From positions 1,488,001 to 1,552,000 of the forward strand of contig CATNEN010000005.1 in NCBI GenBank assembly GCA_950097015.1: 64,000 nucleotides of DNA. The letters are read 5' to 3'. Of this stretch, positions 13,161-26,000 are shown one piece after another. How positions within the stretch are numbered: the stretch's first letter is position 1; each line of letters begins with the position of its first letter. The notes beneath the pieces were generated by a model. The model did no database searches. It saw nothing but the letters and a program-made list of their open reading frames with translations, and was not told the DNA's origin. Position numbers and translations under genes: made by a program. This stretch comes from Macrostomum hystrix. Lineage: Eukaryota; Animalia; Platyhelminthes.

Positions 13161-14034
13161 CATAACGCTGTCAGTAGACTGGCCCGCCCGAAAGGCGTGT
13201 TGATTGTCGCTTTTTGCTACATATATCAGCTCGACCAAATAGAGATGGTCTCTATATGCCGTGTACTCGTAGTAATTGATCAGTCCGCACAATGTCAACA
13301 AAGGTACGAGCGTATTTTTTCTATTTGCTTGCTTGTGAAACGACAGTGTAAAACTCTAAAGTCTAAAACATCTGCGTTTGACAACTCGGGAATCATATTT
13401 CAGTGAAAAAAAACGGTGAAATAAAACAGGCGGCACGTTGATCAACGAAAAATGTTTATGATCCCCTCCTTAATAAAAGGATTATATAAATACATGCAGC
13501 CATATATTCGGTATAAGTTGATCGAGATTACATTGCATGAATGTCGTCAGTAATATCCGGAATTGGGACCCATGCGATCTGCAGTAACGGAAAACAACAC
13601 TGCACATGTATATATCTGATATCGACTTGTCCTACGCATATGCTCGTAGTGTGAGCTATGAGACATTGCGTGCGTCTTTTGAGGATTTAATACCAGGTTT
13701 ATATACTGTTTTGGCCAGAAAATTGCAACATCCTGCTTTGCGTATACATCTCTGCGCGTATGCTTAAACTGTGAATAATTTAATACAGATACACACGGCA
13801 TATAGTAGCAAAAATGGAACTACCATTATTACCATATATCCCAAGAATTGTAATTAATTAAAGCTATACACTATTTTACTGTTTAATATGTACAATCTAA
13901 AAACTTTGATCCCACTACGGGACAATCTGACAATACTCACGCTTCAAACATGGACTTGTAGCTGCAACTGACAAAAGACTGCTTTATTCTATCTACTTGT
14001 AAAATTGTTTTCAAAACATATATAATTGCAGTGA

Positions 14035-14350
14035 TGGGCTGCGAGCAGTGGCACATTATTTGGTGACACTAGACCCGCAGCGATGCAGTGCGAGGAGGCA
14101 ATTCTGCCCATTCCGCTGACTCCTGAGCACACACGCTCAGGATAAACATTGACTTTGACCTTGACCTTGACTTTCTCATCGTCAGGCAGTGTGCACTCTC
14201 ACTGTGCCTTGGAGGTTGGCCTTCAAGGGTCTGAATTGCACGACAATCAACCAAGCCTTCTCTCCGCGGCTGCGCCCCAAATGAATGTGGCCTCGCCGCG
14301 GAATCGAACTCAGGGAGCTTCGTGAGAGAGGAAAACGCGTTAATCGCTCT
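14035..14350 (-). mobile_element. tRNA-derived SINE, family A copy
   Basis: Long stretches nearly identical to 40675-41010, e.g. gaggaggcaattctgcccatt and ccaagccttctctccgcggctgcgcccc...gcctcgccgcggaatcga. Confidence 0.8.
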
Positions 14351-15189
14351 GCTACTTACCCCCAATTGGGTAAAAATTATTATCAATAACTTGCAAAGGC
14401 TGGCATGCTTACAGCAGTTCAGTCTGTGGACATCCAGCTAGCGAAATGTCTATGTACTCGTAGATTTCTGAACACTTTTACAGCTAAGTGAACTGAAGCA
14501 ATGTGGATATGGTAGTCATGCTCAAATGGCCATAATCACTCCGATCGTTCAGAAGGCAAACACTGAGAAAATGTCGCTAAATGTTGCTAAACGTTGCACC
14601 GTTTTTTATTCGCAATATAAATAGAGAATTTATAGGGATAGCAAGTGTGATTTCACTGCAGACGCCATAATATTATACATCATCATATATATATATATAT
14701 ATATGGCCTGCAGTTAGGGTTAATTTATCCATTACACGCTTCACCGAACAGTCTCTCTATTTCAGTCTTCTTACGTCAACCGGCGCGGACTCAGACCATA
14801 TTCTTGGCATATATAGCTATATAGATCCCCCCTGATCCCAAATCTATAAATACGAGTTAGTCGATTCCCGCCATGATGATCCCAAATCCTCAGGGAAATA
14901 ACTCCCACGTGTGGTTGTGTGTGTTTTCTGAAAAATAATTTTCTCTAACAATAATGACTTTGCCGCCGAAATTTCATCATACCGTCGTCATCACAAGCCA
15001 ACTAAAACGACCATCTTATAATGCAGTACATCACGATATGAAAATCCCATTTTGGGATTTAGGGAATTGGCGAATTGAAAAGAGTGAAATGAAAAGTTAC
15101 ATTGATTTGAACGAGAAAATGATATTGTTATAATCGGTGATTGACTAAAATCTACATAATCAACAACCATACATCCCTCAAAATCCATC

Positions 15190-16005
15190 GGTTAGGAATC
15201 CCTCGATTGGAAATCCCTCGGTTAGAAATCCTTTCGTTGGGAATCCCCTAGTTGGTAATCCCTTGGTTGGGAATCCTTTAGTTGTAAATCCCTTATTTGG
15301 GAATCCCTCGGTTAGGAATCCCTTGTTTGGGAATCCCTCGGTTGGGAATCCCTCGGTTAGAAATCCTTTCGTTGGGAATCCCCTAGTTGGTAATCCCTTG
15401 GTTGGGAATCCTTTGGTTGTAAATCCCTTATTTGGGAATCCCTCGGTTAGGAATCCCTCGGTTAGGAATCCCTTGGTTGGGAAACCCTCGGTTAGGAATC
15501 CCTTGGTTGGGAATCCCTCGGTTAAGAATCCCTTGGTTGGGAATCCCTCGGTTAGGAATCCCTTATTTGGGAATCCCTCGGTTAGGAATCCCTTGGTTGG
15601 GAATCCCTCGGTTAGGATTCCCTCGGTTAGGATTCCCATGGTTGGGAATCCCTCGGTTAGGAATCCATTGGTTGGGAATCCCTCGGTTAGGATTCGCTCG
15701 GTTAGGATTCCCTCGGTTAGGATTCCCATGGTTGGGAATCCCTCGGTTAGGAATCCCTCGGTTAGGAATCCCTCGGTTAGGATTCCCTCGGTTGGCAATC
15801 CCTCGGTTAGGATTCCCATGATTGGGAATCCCTCGGTTAGGAATCCCTCGGTTGGCAATCCCTCGGTTAGGATTCCCATGATTGGGAATCCCTCGGTTAG
15901 GATTCCCTCGGTTGGCAATCCCTCGGTTAGGATTCCCATGATTGGGAATCCCTCGGTTAGGAATCCCTCGGTTAGGATTCCCTCGGTTGGCAATCCCTCG
16001 GTTAG
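15190..16005. repeat. 15-bp minisatellite GGTT(A/G)GGAATCCCTC, intergenic
   Basis: About 54 copies, stop-free in several frames (spurious ORFs). Confidence 0.95.
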
Positions 16006-16519
16006 AAATTTTTCAGTTACCTTATTTGGGCGATTGGACGAATAAAGAGTAAAAATCTAGACAAAAAAGAATACTCATTCAGCCGTATAGCTATAGTTTC
16101 GAAACTAGAATATTTCTCAGTTACATTGTTGAACCCATGCATGTTTATTTCTCAATATAACATTTAATTCCTATACACGCTATTTTTATAGCCATCAGTG
16201 CAGTGGCCTGTGTGCGTGTTTTATTTGCGTTTTCGTTCTAATTTTTATAACGAGTGTTTTATAGCGCGAAAATTGTAGAATTTTATGGCACTAATCTGCA
16301 AGCGGCAGCTGCTACATAAATTATGTTATTAGCTATAGCTGCGAAACAGGCAATCTGCACCATGCTTTGCGCGTATCTTGACTAGAATTGTTTTATAGTT
16401 TTAATTAAGGCATACACATGAATGAATGCGATGCAACTGTGACTTACAACTGAGGGGAAGGGGAACCAAAACAAGGAGAAAATGGGAATCTCAAAACAAG
16501 AGGAAAGGATAGCAGAGGA

Positions 16520-18590
16520 GAGGAGGAGAGAAGAGTAAAGTAGAGAGAATAGGAGAGGAGAGGAGAGGAGAGGAGAAGAGAGGAGATGAGAGAATAGGAG
16601 AGGAGAGAATAGGAGAGGAGAGAATAGGAGATGAGAGAATAGGAGAGGAGAGAATAGGAGATGAGAGAATAGGAGAGGAGAGAATAGGAGATGAGAGAAT
16701 AGGAGAGGAGAGAATAGGAGAGGAGAGAATAGGAGAGGAGAGAATAGGAGATGAGAGAATAGGAGAGGAGAGAATAGGAGATGAGAGAATAGGAGAGGAG
16801 AGAATAGGAGAGGAGAGAATAGGAGATGAGAGAATAGGTGAGGAGAGAATAGGAGATGAGAGAATAGGAGAGGAGAGAATAGGAGATGAGAGAATAGGAG
16901 AGGAGAGAATAGGAGATGAGAGAATAGGAGATGAGAGAATAGGAGATGAGAGAATAGGTGAGGAGAGAATAGGTGAGGAGAGAATAAGAGAGGAGAGGAG
17001 AGAATAGGAGAGGAGAGAATAGGTGAGGAGAGAATAGGTGAGAAGAGAATAGGTGAGGAGAGAATAGGAGAGGAGAGAATAGGTGAGGAGAGAATAGGTG
17101 AGGAGAGGAGAGGAGAGGAGAGAAGAGGAGAGAATAGGTGAGGAGAGAATAGGAGAGGAGAGGAGAGAATAGGTGAGGAGAGAATAGGTGAGGAGAGAAT
17201 AGGTGAGGAGAGGAGAGGAGAGGAGAGGAGAGGAGAGGAGAGAATAGGTGAGGAGAGAATAGGTGAGGAGAGAATAGGTGAGGAGAGAATAGGTGAGGAG
17301 AGAATAGGTGAGGAGAGGAGAGAATAGGAGAGGAGAGAATAGGTGAGGAGAGAATAGGTGAGGAGAGAATAGGTGAGGAGAGGAGAGAATAGGAGAGGAG
17401 AGAATAGGTGAGGAGAGAATAGGTGAGGAGAGGAGAGAATAGGAGAGGAGAGAATAGGTGAGGAGAGAATAGGTGAGGAGAGAATAGGTGAGGAGAGGAG
17501 AGAATAGGAGAGGAGAGAATAGGTGAGGAGAGAATAGGTGAGGAGAGAATAGGTGAGGAGAGAATAGGTGAGGAGAGAATAGGTGAGGAGAGAATAGGTG
17601 AGGAGAGGAGAGAATAGGAGAGGAGAGAATAGGTGAGGAGAGAATAGGTGAGGAGAGAATAGGTGAGGAGAGGAGAGAATAGGAGAGGAGAGAATAGGTG
17701 AGGAGAGAATAGGTGAGGAGAGGAGAGGAGAGGAGAGGAGAGGAGAGGAGAGGAGAGAATAGGAGAGAATAGGAGAGGAGAGGAGAGGAGAGTAGAGGAG
17801 AGAATAGGAGAGGAGAGAATAGGAGAGAATAGGAGAGGAGAGGAGAGTAGAGGAGAGAATAGGAGAGGAGAGAATAGGAGAGGAGAGGAGAGGAGAGAAT
17901 AGGAGAGGAGAGGAGAGGAGAGGAGAGAATAGGTGAGGAGAGAATAGGAGAGGAGAGGAGAGAATAGGTGAGGAGAGAATAGGTGAGGAGAGAATAGGTG
18001 AGGAGAGGAGAGGAGAGGAGAGGAGAGGAGAGGAGAGAATAGGAGAGAATAGGAGAGGAGAGGAGAGGAGAGTAGAGGAGAGAATAGGAGAGGAGAGAAT
18101 AGGAGAGGAGAGGAGAGGAGAGAATAGGAGAGGAGAGGAGAGGAGAGGAGAGAATAGGAGAGGAGAGAATAGGAGAGGAGAGAATAGGAGAGGAGAGAAT
18201 AGGAGAAGAGAGGAGAGGAGAGAATAGGAGAGGAGAGGAGATGAGAGAATAGGAGAGGAGAGAATAGGAGAGGAGAGAATAGGAGAGGAGAGGAGAGGAG
18301 AGAACAGGAGAGGAGAGAATAGGAGAGGAGAGAATAGGAGAGGAGAGAATAGGAGAGGAGAGGAGAGGAGAGAACAGGAGAGGAGAGAATAGGAGAGGAG
18401 AGAACAGGAGAGGAGAGAATAGGAGAGGAGAGAATAGGAGAGGAGAGGAGAGGAGAGGAGAGAATAGGAGAGGAGAGGAGATGAGAGAATAGGAGAGGAG
18501 AGAATAGGAGAGGAGAGAATAGGAGAGGAGAGGAGATGAGAGAATAGGAGAGGAGAGAATAGGAGAGGAGAGAATAGGAGAGAAGAGAAT
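16520..18590. repeat. Compound purine-rich pentamer microsatellite (AGGAG / AGAAT / AGGTG)n
   Basis: About 2 kb of nearly pure purine on the + strand. Confidence 0.97.
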
Positions 18591-19201
18591 CAATCCAAAA
18601 CTTCAAACGGTATCGCGCATAAAAGTTATCAGTAGGATGACAAAAGTCAGTAATGATATTTGAGGATCAGTCACTCGAAAAGAAGTAGTAAAATATGAGT
18701 TGTGATATCTTAAAAGGCGTTTTAAGAGCAATATACGAGCTAGAATGAAAATGGGAGCGATCATGAATGAAAATTTGCAACTCAAGCGAAAGAGATGAGA
18801 AAAGAATAAGAATGAAATATGGAGCAGCAATATGAAAGAATAATATTTAAAGATCAGTCAGAAAAGATCATTTTGCCGATAGCAGAACCCCAGCCATCTT
18901 TTGAGCCAACTGCCCAGAGGTGCTAGACTGTTGAAGCGAAAGTGACAGCTATAGGCCACCTCTATCAAACTCTCACTTTGCCTAACCCATGCAGCAAAGC
19001 CAATAAGCAATGGTTCTCTTTCCGTCGATTCAGGCCCAGCCAATCCCAAGATAGCTCATATATGCTCCTAGTTCTCCAGGAAAACGGAAAATTTATTATA
19101 AGCAAGCATAATGCAACAAGTGTCATTTAAATTTTGCGCGGAAATATTTTTGTTATACAAATATATTTTAACTATCGAACTGCTCGATTTAACAAAAAAT
19201 A

Positions 19202-20565
19202 ATGCAACTTCAGGATGACACGGAGTGCGCCAGGTGTGGCCGACAAATTGAGGATGCTTTCTTCTTGAAGGTGAGAAATTTCAATGTTTTTATACTAATG
19301 TATTTTAGATCATTCACAGAATCGTCGACTCTTATTATTTTTTTAAAGTCATTGTACTTTTATTGGAGCAAAAGATACAAACAGACAGCAAGGGTTAGAA
19401 AGAAGCGCCTGTACCGATTAGATGTGCAGCCAATCGGCAGACAGTAAGGGGTTAGAAAGAAGCGCCTGTGACGATTAGATGTGCAGCCAATCGGCAGACA
19501 GTAAGGGGTTAGAAAGAAGCGCCTGTGACGATTAGATGTGCAGCCAATCGGCAGACAGTAAGGGGTTAGAAAGAAGCGCCTGTGACGATTAGATGTGCAG
19601 CCAATCGGCAGACAGTAAGGGGTTAGAAAGAAGCGCCTGTGACGATTAGATGTGCAGCCAATCGGCAGACAGTAAAGGGTTAGAAAGAAGCGCCTGTGAC
19701 GATTAGATGTGCAGCCAATCGGCAGACAGTAAGGGGTTAGAAAGAAGCGCCTGTGACGATTAGATTTGCAGCCAATCGGCAGACAGTAAGGGGTTAGAAA
19801 GAAGCGCCTGTGACGATTAGATGTGCAGCCAATCGGCAGACAGTAAGGGGTTAGAAAGAAGCGCCTGTGACGATTAGATGTGCAGCCAATCGGCAGACAG
19901 TAAGGGGTTTCTCGTGGAAAAGAAGCGCCTGCGCCTACGTCATTCAGCCAATGCGGAGGCAGTAAGCGCTTAAAAAGAAGCGCACACACTTATTGGACAT
20001 GCAGCCAATCAGTGCACGCCCCATCCCACGCCGCTAGGCCATGAACCAGCTATGGCACGAAGACTGTCTGCGCTGTCACTGCTGCGATTGTCGCCTAGCC
20101 GAAGTTGGCACCTCCCTGTTTGCTCGCGCTAATCTGTTACTCTGCCGCCGCGACTATCTGCGCCTGTTCGGTTGTACTGGCCTATGCGCCGCCTGTCACA
20201 AGCACATACCCGCCTTCGAAATGGTGATGCGAACTAGGGACAACAGTGTGTACCATTTAGAGTGCTTCTCTTGTCAGCACTGCGACCAGAGATTCTGTGT
20301 AGGCGATCGGTATTATATTGTCGAGTCGAGAATTCTTTGCGAGCACGATTATGAAGAGCTGCTGGCTGCAACTGAAGGCGGAGTAAATAAGCCACTTCAC
20401 CTGATCACTCAATGCCTGCCGACAGTCTTGCCGAGTGCAATGGTTGATAGCCAGCCAGTTCAGACGCAATTTTCCCCGGCCAGGATAGTAGCTAGCTACG
20501 ATGCGTTGAGCCAGTTGAAGATTCAAACGGAAAGAATGCTGCCAAGTGCCGGTGGGTCACACTGA
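19202..20565 (+). CDS. LIM-domain-only protein (LMO1/LMO3/Beadex-like), two LIM domains
   Basis: Exon 1 19202-19270 ([23 protein letters not shown]|GTGAGA) joins exon 2 20038-20565 (ccgctag|[20 protein letters not shown]...[10 protein letters not shown]...[16 protein letters not shown]...[19 protein letters not shown]...LCEHDYEE) in phase 0. Two complete LIM zinc-finger patterns. The LMO family is clear; the paralogue cannot be assigned. Confidence 0.93.
19390..19960. repeat. 57-bp minisatellite in the LMO intron, one AGCCAATCGG per unit
   Basis: 9 near-identical copies plus degenerate flanks. Confidence 0.96.
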
Positions 20566-21211
20566 CTGATCGTGGCATTGACCCTCTTCGGTGCATAGCT
20601 ATAGTCTCTTATAGCGGGTGTCTCACCTGCTTTGGAGTACATTCAGCAATGGTTATTTATTAATTTTAATACGACAATTACAAGTATATTGATGTTTTTT
20701 TTGTTTTTAATTCTAATAAATGTGTGTTCTTAAATTAAAACACTTTTAAATTATCGTTACTTGCTTGTTTTGTAGTGTGAAAAGAAATTTCTTGAAAATA
20801 TAAATAGTTATCATATTATTATTATGAACATCAATTAGACCAATGATTCGATCCCGTAATGTAAAAGTTGAAGAGAAATTGGTGACTTAACTTTATTTAA
20901 TGTACAAAAACTGTCAAATCGATGAAAAATCAATATGCTACTTCAAAACTGTAATATATAGTTGTCGTTTCGACTATTTAGTCGTTTCTTCTAATAATGT
21001 TTTTTTAATTTTGATATTTCGATTCAATTTTTCTTTTTACACTACTAAGAACACTGAGTAGGCTGAAACGGTTGTGTCTTGATCAATAAGAATGGAATGG
21101 ATTATAAATATTCATATGTTACTGGTTTCAGTTGAAGAGAATTAAATGATAAACGATTCCAAATTTAATAAAAAACAAAAAAAATTATTTTAAATCTGGT
21201 TTAAAAAACTA

Positions 21212-21284
21212 TGGTTCGGCCCGGGCTCGAACCGGGGACCTTCTGTGTGTGAGACAGATGTGATAACCACTACACCACCGAACC
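21212..21284 (-). tRNA. tRNA-Val (anticodon CAC)
   Basis: Reverse complement GGTTCGGTGGTGTAGTGGTTATCACATCTGTCTCACACACAGAAGGTCCCCGGTTCGAGCCCGGGCCGAACCA (73 nt). Acceptor stem pairs, anticodon stem TCTGT/ACAGA, loop CT-CAC-AC, T-loop TTCGA. A T6 Pol III terminator follows at 21203-21208. Confidence 0.96.
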
Positions 21285-21699
21285 TTACAGTTACAAGAAG
21301 TAAATCAGCTTTATAAATGCAAGGCTTCTGTACAGGTTAGCCATGCACTATAAAAAGCGTTAAAGAACTGAAAATAAACAAACTGTACAGTATAATTATA
21401 CATGAAATAATGCTACCCCAACGTTCCCTCGCGCATGACTAACGCTTATGTGAATAGCACAAAGGTACATATCGAGTAAATAAATTATATCATGATGAGT
21501 GAGCGTAGTGACTCGAGTATGAGTGTTAAGTGACAGGCTGAGTGAGTGAGAGGGAACGAGTGACTCAGAGAGTGATAAAAATGATGACATCGCATTGCTG
21601 AAGTACAGCATCTGTCATAGCTGGCTAATTAATTTGTTTTAAATCGTGGATATTTTTTGCGAATCGCCGAAGTGGATACTGTCGTCTGTCGATACCTAA

Positions 21700-22606
21700 T
21701 CTCATACCATTTAAGCCCTAGCCCCTAATCTCATAGCAGTTTAGCCCTAATCTCATAGCAGTTTAGCCCTAATCTCATAGCAGTTTAGCCCTAATCTCAT
21801 AGCAGTTTAGCCCTAACCTTATAGCAGTTTAGCCCTAATCTCATAGCAGTTTAGCCCTAACCTTATAGCAGTTTAGCCCTAACCTTATAGCAGTTTAGCC
21901 CTAATCTCATAGCAGTTTAGCCCTAACCTTATATCAGTTTAGCCCTAATCTCATAGCAGTTTAGCCCTAATCTCATAGCAGTTTAGCCCTAACCTTATAG
22001 CAGTTTAGCCCTAATCTCATAGCAGTTTAGCCCTAACCTTATAGCAGTTTAGCCCTAACCTTATATCAGTTTAGCCCTAATCTCATAGCAGTTTAGCCCT
22101 AATCTCATAGCAGTTTAGCCCTAATCTCATAGCAGTTTAGCCCTAATCTCATAGCAGTTTAGCCCTAATCTCATAGCAGTTTAGCCCTAACCTTATAGCA
22201 GTTTAGCCCTAATCTCATAGCAGTTTAGCCCTAACCTTATATCAGTTTAGCCCTAATCTCATAGCAGTTTAGCCCTAACCTTATATCAGTTTAGCCCTAA
22301 TCTCATAGCAGTTTAGCCCTAATCTCATAGCAGTTTAGCCCTAATCTCATAGCAGTTTAGCCCTAACCTTATATCAGTTTAGCCCTAATCTCATAGCAGT
22401 TTAGCCCTAATCTCATAGCAGTTTAGCCCTAATCTCATAGCAGTTTAGCCCTAATCTCATAGCAGTTTAGCCCTAACCTTATAGCAGTTTAGCCCTAACC
22501 TTATATCAGTTTAGCCCTAATCTCATAGCAGTTTAGCCCTAATCTCATAGCAGTTTAGCCCTAATCTCATAGCAGTTTAGCCCTAATCTCATAGCAGTTT
22601 AGCCAC
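21700..22606. repeat. 22-bp minisatellite AGCAGTTTAGCCCTAA(TCTC/CCTT)AT between tRNA-Val and the RAD50 3' end
   Basis: About 40 copies, each containing CCCTAA. Confidence 0.96.
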
Positions 22607-23046
22607 AATTGAACTGCATTGTCCTAACATTACTTTGTTATAAAATAAGAAATAAAAGCTAGTTTAATGACAGATTTTTATCTTAACAAAAAAGAACTGT
22701 TGTTTAAACGAAAAAAACTTTATATTTAAAATGAATGCATATTAACTTGGTTATAAACCGCAAGGCGATAATTTTGGTTGTGTTTTCAATCGAAAATTAA
22801 ATATAGAAGTACAAAAACACCACGAACTACAAATAGGAAAATGCATATTTTTGTAAAAAAACTGTAGAATAGAAATTATTGCAAATTTTATTCAAATAGC
22901 ATTCTATTATCAGTAGTACAAGAAGAATATAATTTACCGCTACAGAATCGGAAACACCGGAAATGCCATAAGTTAAACAACGAAAAAACTAACGATTTAG
23001 GTAATAGGTAGTTTGTTACTTTCATCATAAGCTAAAATGTTTCAGT

Positions 23047-26000
23047 TTAACGCGAATGCAATTCTTCCACTTTGCGCTTGTGAATCTCGGAATGGCCCGT
23101 ACCAGAAGGGTCAGTTTGCACCCGAAAGAAATGATCGACAAATTCTGAACGGCCCAACAATTCAACAAATTCTTCATCGTGCGTGATGACAATCATGTGA
23201 AAGTTGAGCTGCTGCCTGGCCCTAGTTCTGATTATGTCGCTAAGTGAATTGGCCAGGCTTTCAATGTTCTCTCGGTCCAGATTAGTTGTCGGCTCGTCAA
23301 GGGCCAGGATGCCGCAGTTGTGGCAGAAGGCCTCGGCTAAAGCTAGCCGGACTATTAGGGAGCACAGCACCTGGCGGTGTAGGAGATGGGGTTAAACTGA
23401 AGCGGCTCGTTAAAGGACTCACGTAGTTCCCTTGAACTGAGAGTCGAACTGCCGACCTTCCAGTCAGAAATGTAACATTATTAATCAATTGGTCTACATG
23501 CTCCCTAGGGATAAAAACTACTTAATAAAAGTACACAAATGCACTTGTAAAGGTTTACAGGCGATACTTATTAAAAGTACCTAAAAAGTACTCATTACCT
23601 TGCACATAAACTTAGAAGTACATGATAACAAAGCAAAAGTACAAATAAACTTTTTAAAAAGTACAGTTGCACTTTACAAAAGTACACGACTTCATCTTTA
23701 AAGTACAGATGAAATTTTTTAAAGTGCAGATGAACTTTTTAAAAGTGCAGATGAACTTTTTAAAAGTGCAGTTAAACTTTTTAAAAGTGCAGATGAATTT
23801 TTTAAAAGTGCAGTTGAACTTTTTAAAAGTGCAGATGAACTTTTTAAAAGTTCAGATGAAAATTTAAAAAGTACAAAGAGTTATTAAAAAACGGCGTTGA
23901 AACTAGTTAAATTACCTTTTGCCCAGCCGAGCAACGGCCTCGCATGTCCATAACGGCGCCGGATTTGCACATCACCACCCGGTAATTATATTGTCGGCGC
24001 GCTTTGGCCACACCCGAGGTGTCTTCGTCCGAGCGAATTTCAATGTAATCAATATCGGAGCCGCGATAAGTGCCGCGCCACAATTCGCGAATTAGCTTAT
24101 TGACTTCGGTCATCTTCTTTGTGTGGTATTGACAAATGGCCCAGTCTAGCGCCTTGTAGTAGGTGGCCAAATCCTGTGAGCACAGATCTTTAACGCGCGA
24201 CTCCGTTAGCTTTTTCTGGATTGGAACAGCACCAGTGGTTTGTAAGGAGATTAACGTAATGTTGATTGAGCTGGGAAACAGGAAAATGCACAGAGACAGG
24301 CGTACTGACAGACAGACATACTGACAGACATACAAAAATTTTGACAGACAGGCAATATTGACAGATATACAGTCTTACAGACAGGCAAACTGACAGACAT
24401 ACAGACATTTTGACAGACATACAGACATTCTTACAGACAGGCAAACTGACAGACATACTGATAGACATACTGACAGGCATACTGACAGACAAACAGAAAT
24501 TATGACAGACAGGCATACTGACAGACATACAGAAATTATGACAGACAGGCATACTGACAGACATACAGAAATTATGACAGACAGGCAAACTGACAGACAG
24601 CGATTCTTACAGACAGGTAATATTGACAGAAATACAGACATCCTTACAGACAGGCAAACTGACAGACATACAGACATTCTTACAGACAGGCAATCTGACA
24701 GATATAAAGACATTCTTACAGACAGACATACTGACAGATAAATGATAAATGTAAACACGAACAGACATCAGGACACACCTTGTATTTATCGGCAGCGGAT
24801 TTGAACAGCTCCTTATCCAAATCCTTCTCCAGCTCGCGCACCTGGCCATTGATCTCACACCGGCGAGTCTCTAGCCGGCTGCGCTCCTCTCTAAGCGTTT
24901 CCTCTTCGCGTCGCATTTTCGGATAGCGACGTCGAATATCGGCGCCGAGGTCGAGCGCGGCCAGTTGAGCAGCCTGCGCGGCCAGCTCAGAGTCCAAGGC
25001 GGTTAGACGGCGCTCAAGCTGGCGCACCCGACGACAAGCTTCGAGATCTTTGCGTTCAGCGTCGCGAGAATATTTCGCGCGACGTTCGGAGTCGAGTAGG
25101 TCGCTTAGGCGAGCGGCTTCAGCGGCGGCAGCTTCTCTGGAGGCGTTCAAGCCAGCCTGGCGTTGAGTTAGACGCTCTAGTCTACTCGCCGCGTCGCCAT
25201 CCGAGGCTGCCAGAGCGGCCTCTCGCCGAAGCGCGTCAAGTCGGGCCCGATCGTCCGACGCCTCTTTCCAGGCTGCGTCCGCGGCTGCGGCCTCGTCGCG
25301 CTGACGCCGGCGAAGTCGTTCGCACTCGGCGCCTAGCTGGGCGACGGCGGCTTCTAGGCGAGGCAGCGAATCGCGTCGTTCGCTGTCGGCTCTTGCTGAA
25401 GCTTCGGCGGATTCGGCTTCTAGACGAGCGACCTCCTGGATGGCGAAGGAATGCGTGGATTAAGGAGAGTCCGTATTTAAAGGCTGCATTGCTCATGGTA
25501 CGCATTGGGGAATGGACTGTCTAGGTCAAGCTGGCATACAATTCGAACCCCCGACCTCTCAATTAGAAGAATAAAGCCATTTAACTAGAGCTTCTAAACC
25601 CCCGGCCAAAAAATTTCGTCGGGAAACGAACCACGGACCTTCACGTCTTAACTTTCTCGGCTATATTACTCGCTTTCTAGTCGTAATACGAGGGCCCCTA
25701 TTACCAGCATAGGTAAAAATAATGGAATGTCTCACCTGAGCCAGTCTAGCAGCCTCCTGCAGGCGGCTCTCAGCAGCCAGTCGATCGGCTCTCAGCCGGT
25801 TCACTGACTCCAGCGCAATCTGGCGCCTCTCGACGCGCTTCTCAGCGGCCAGCCGCATCGAGCGAGCTTCGGTCGAGGCGGCGTCCAGGTTGGCCTTCAC
25901 CCGGCGCCGATGCTCTTGCAGCGAAGCCAAATTTTCGTCGCCGTCTTTGTCGTCGGCAGCCTCGTCTTTGTCGCCAAGCAGCTGTGCCAGACTGGCGGCT

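Noticed and set aside
14069-14386. 105-aa ORF and similar short ORFs at 40843-41031
   Set aside because: They fall within SINE family A copies and are non-coding.
15178-16045. GFPTEG / GNPSVR repeat ORFs, and resemblance of GGGAATCCC to NF-kB sites
   Set aside because: A 15-bp unit gives open frames on both strands with no splice or start context. The kB-like word is mostly one base off consensus and nothing supports function.
16444-18606. 700-720-aa Ser/Leu/Pro ORFs
   Set aside because: Translation of the pentamer microsatellite; a CT-rich strand cannot encode stops.
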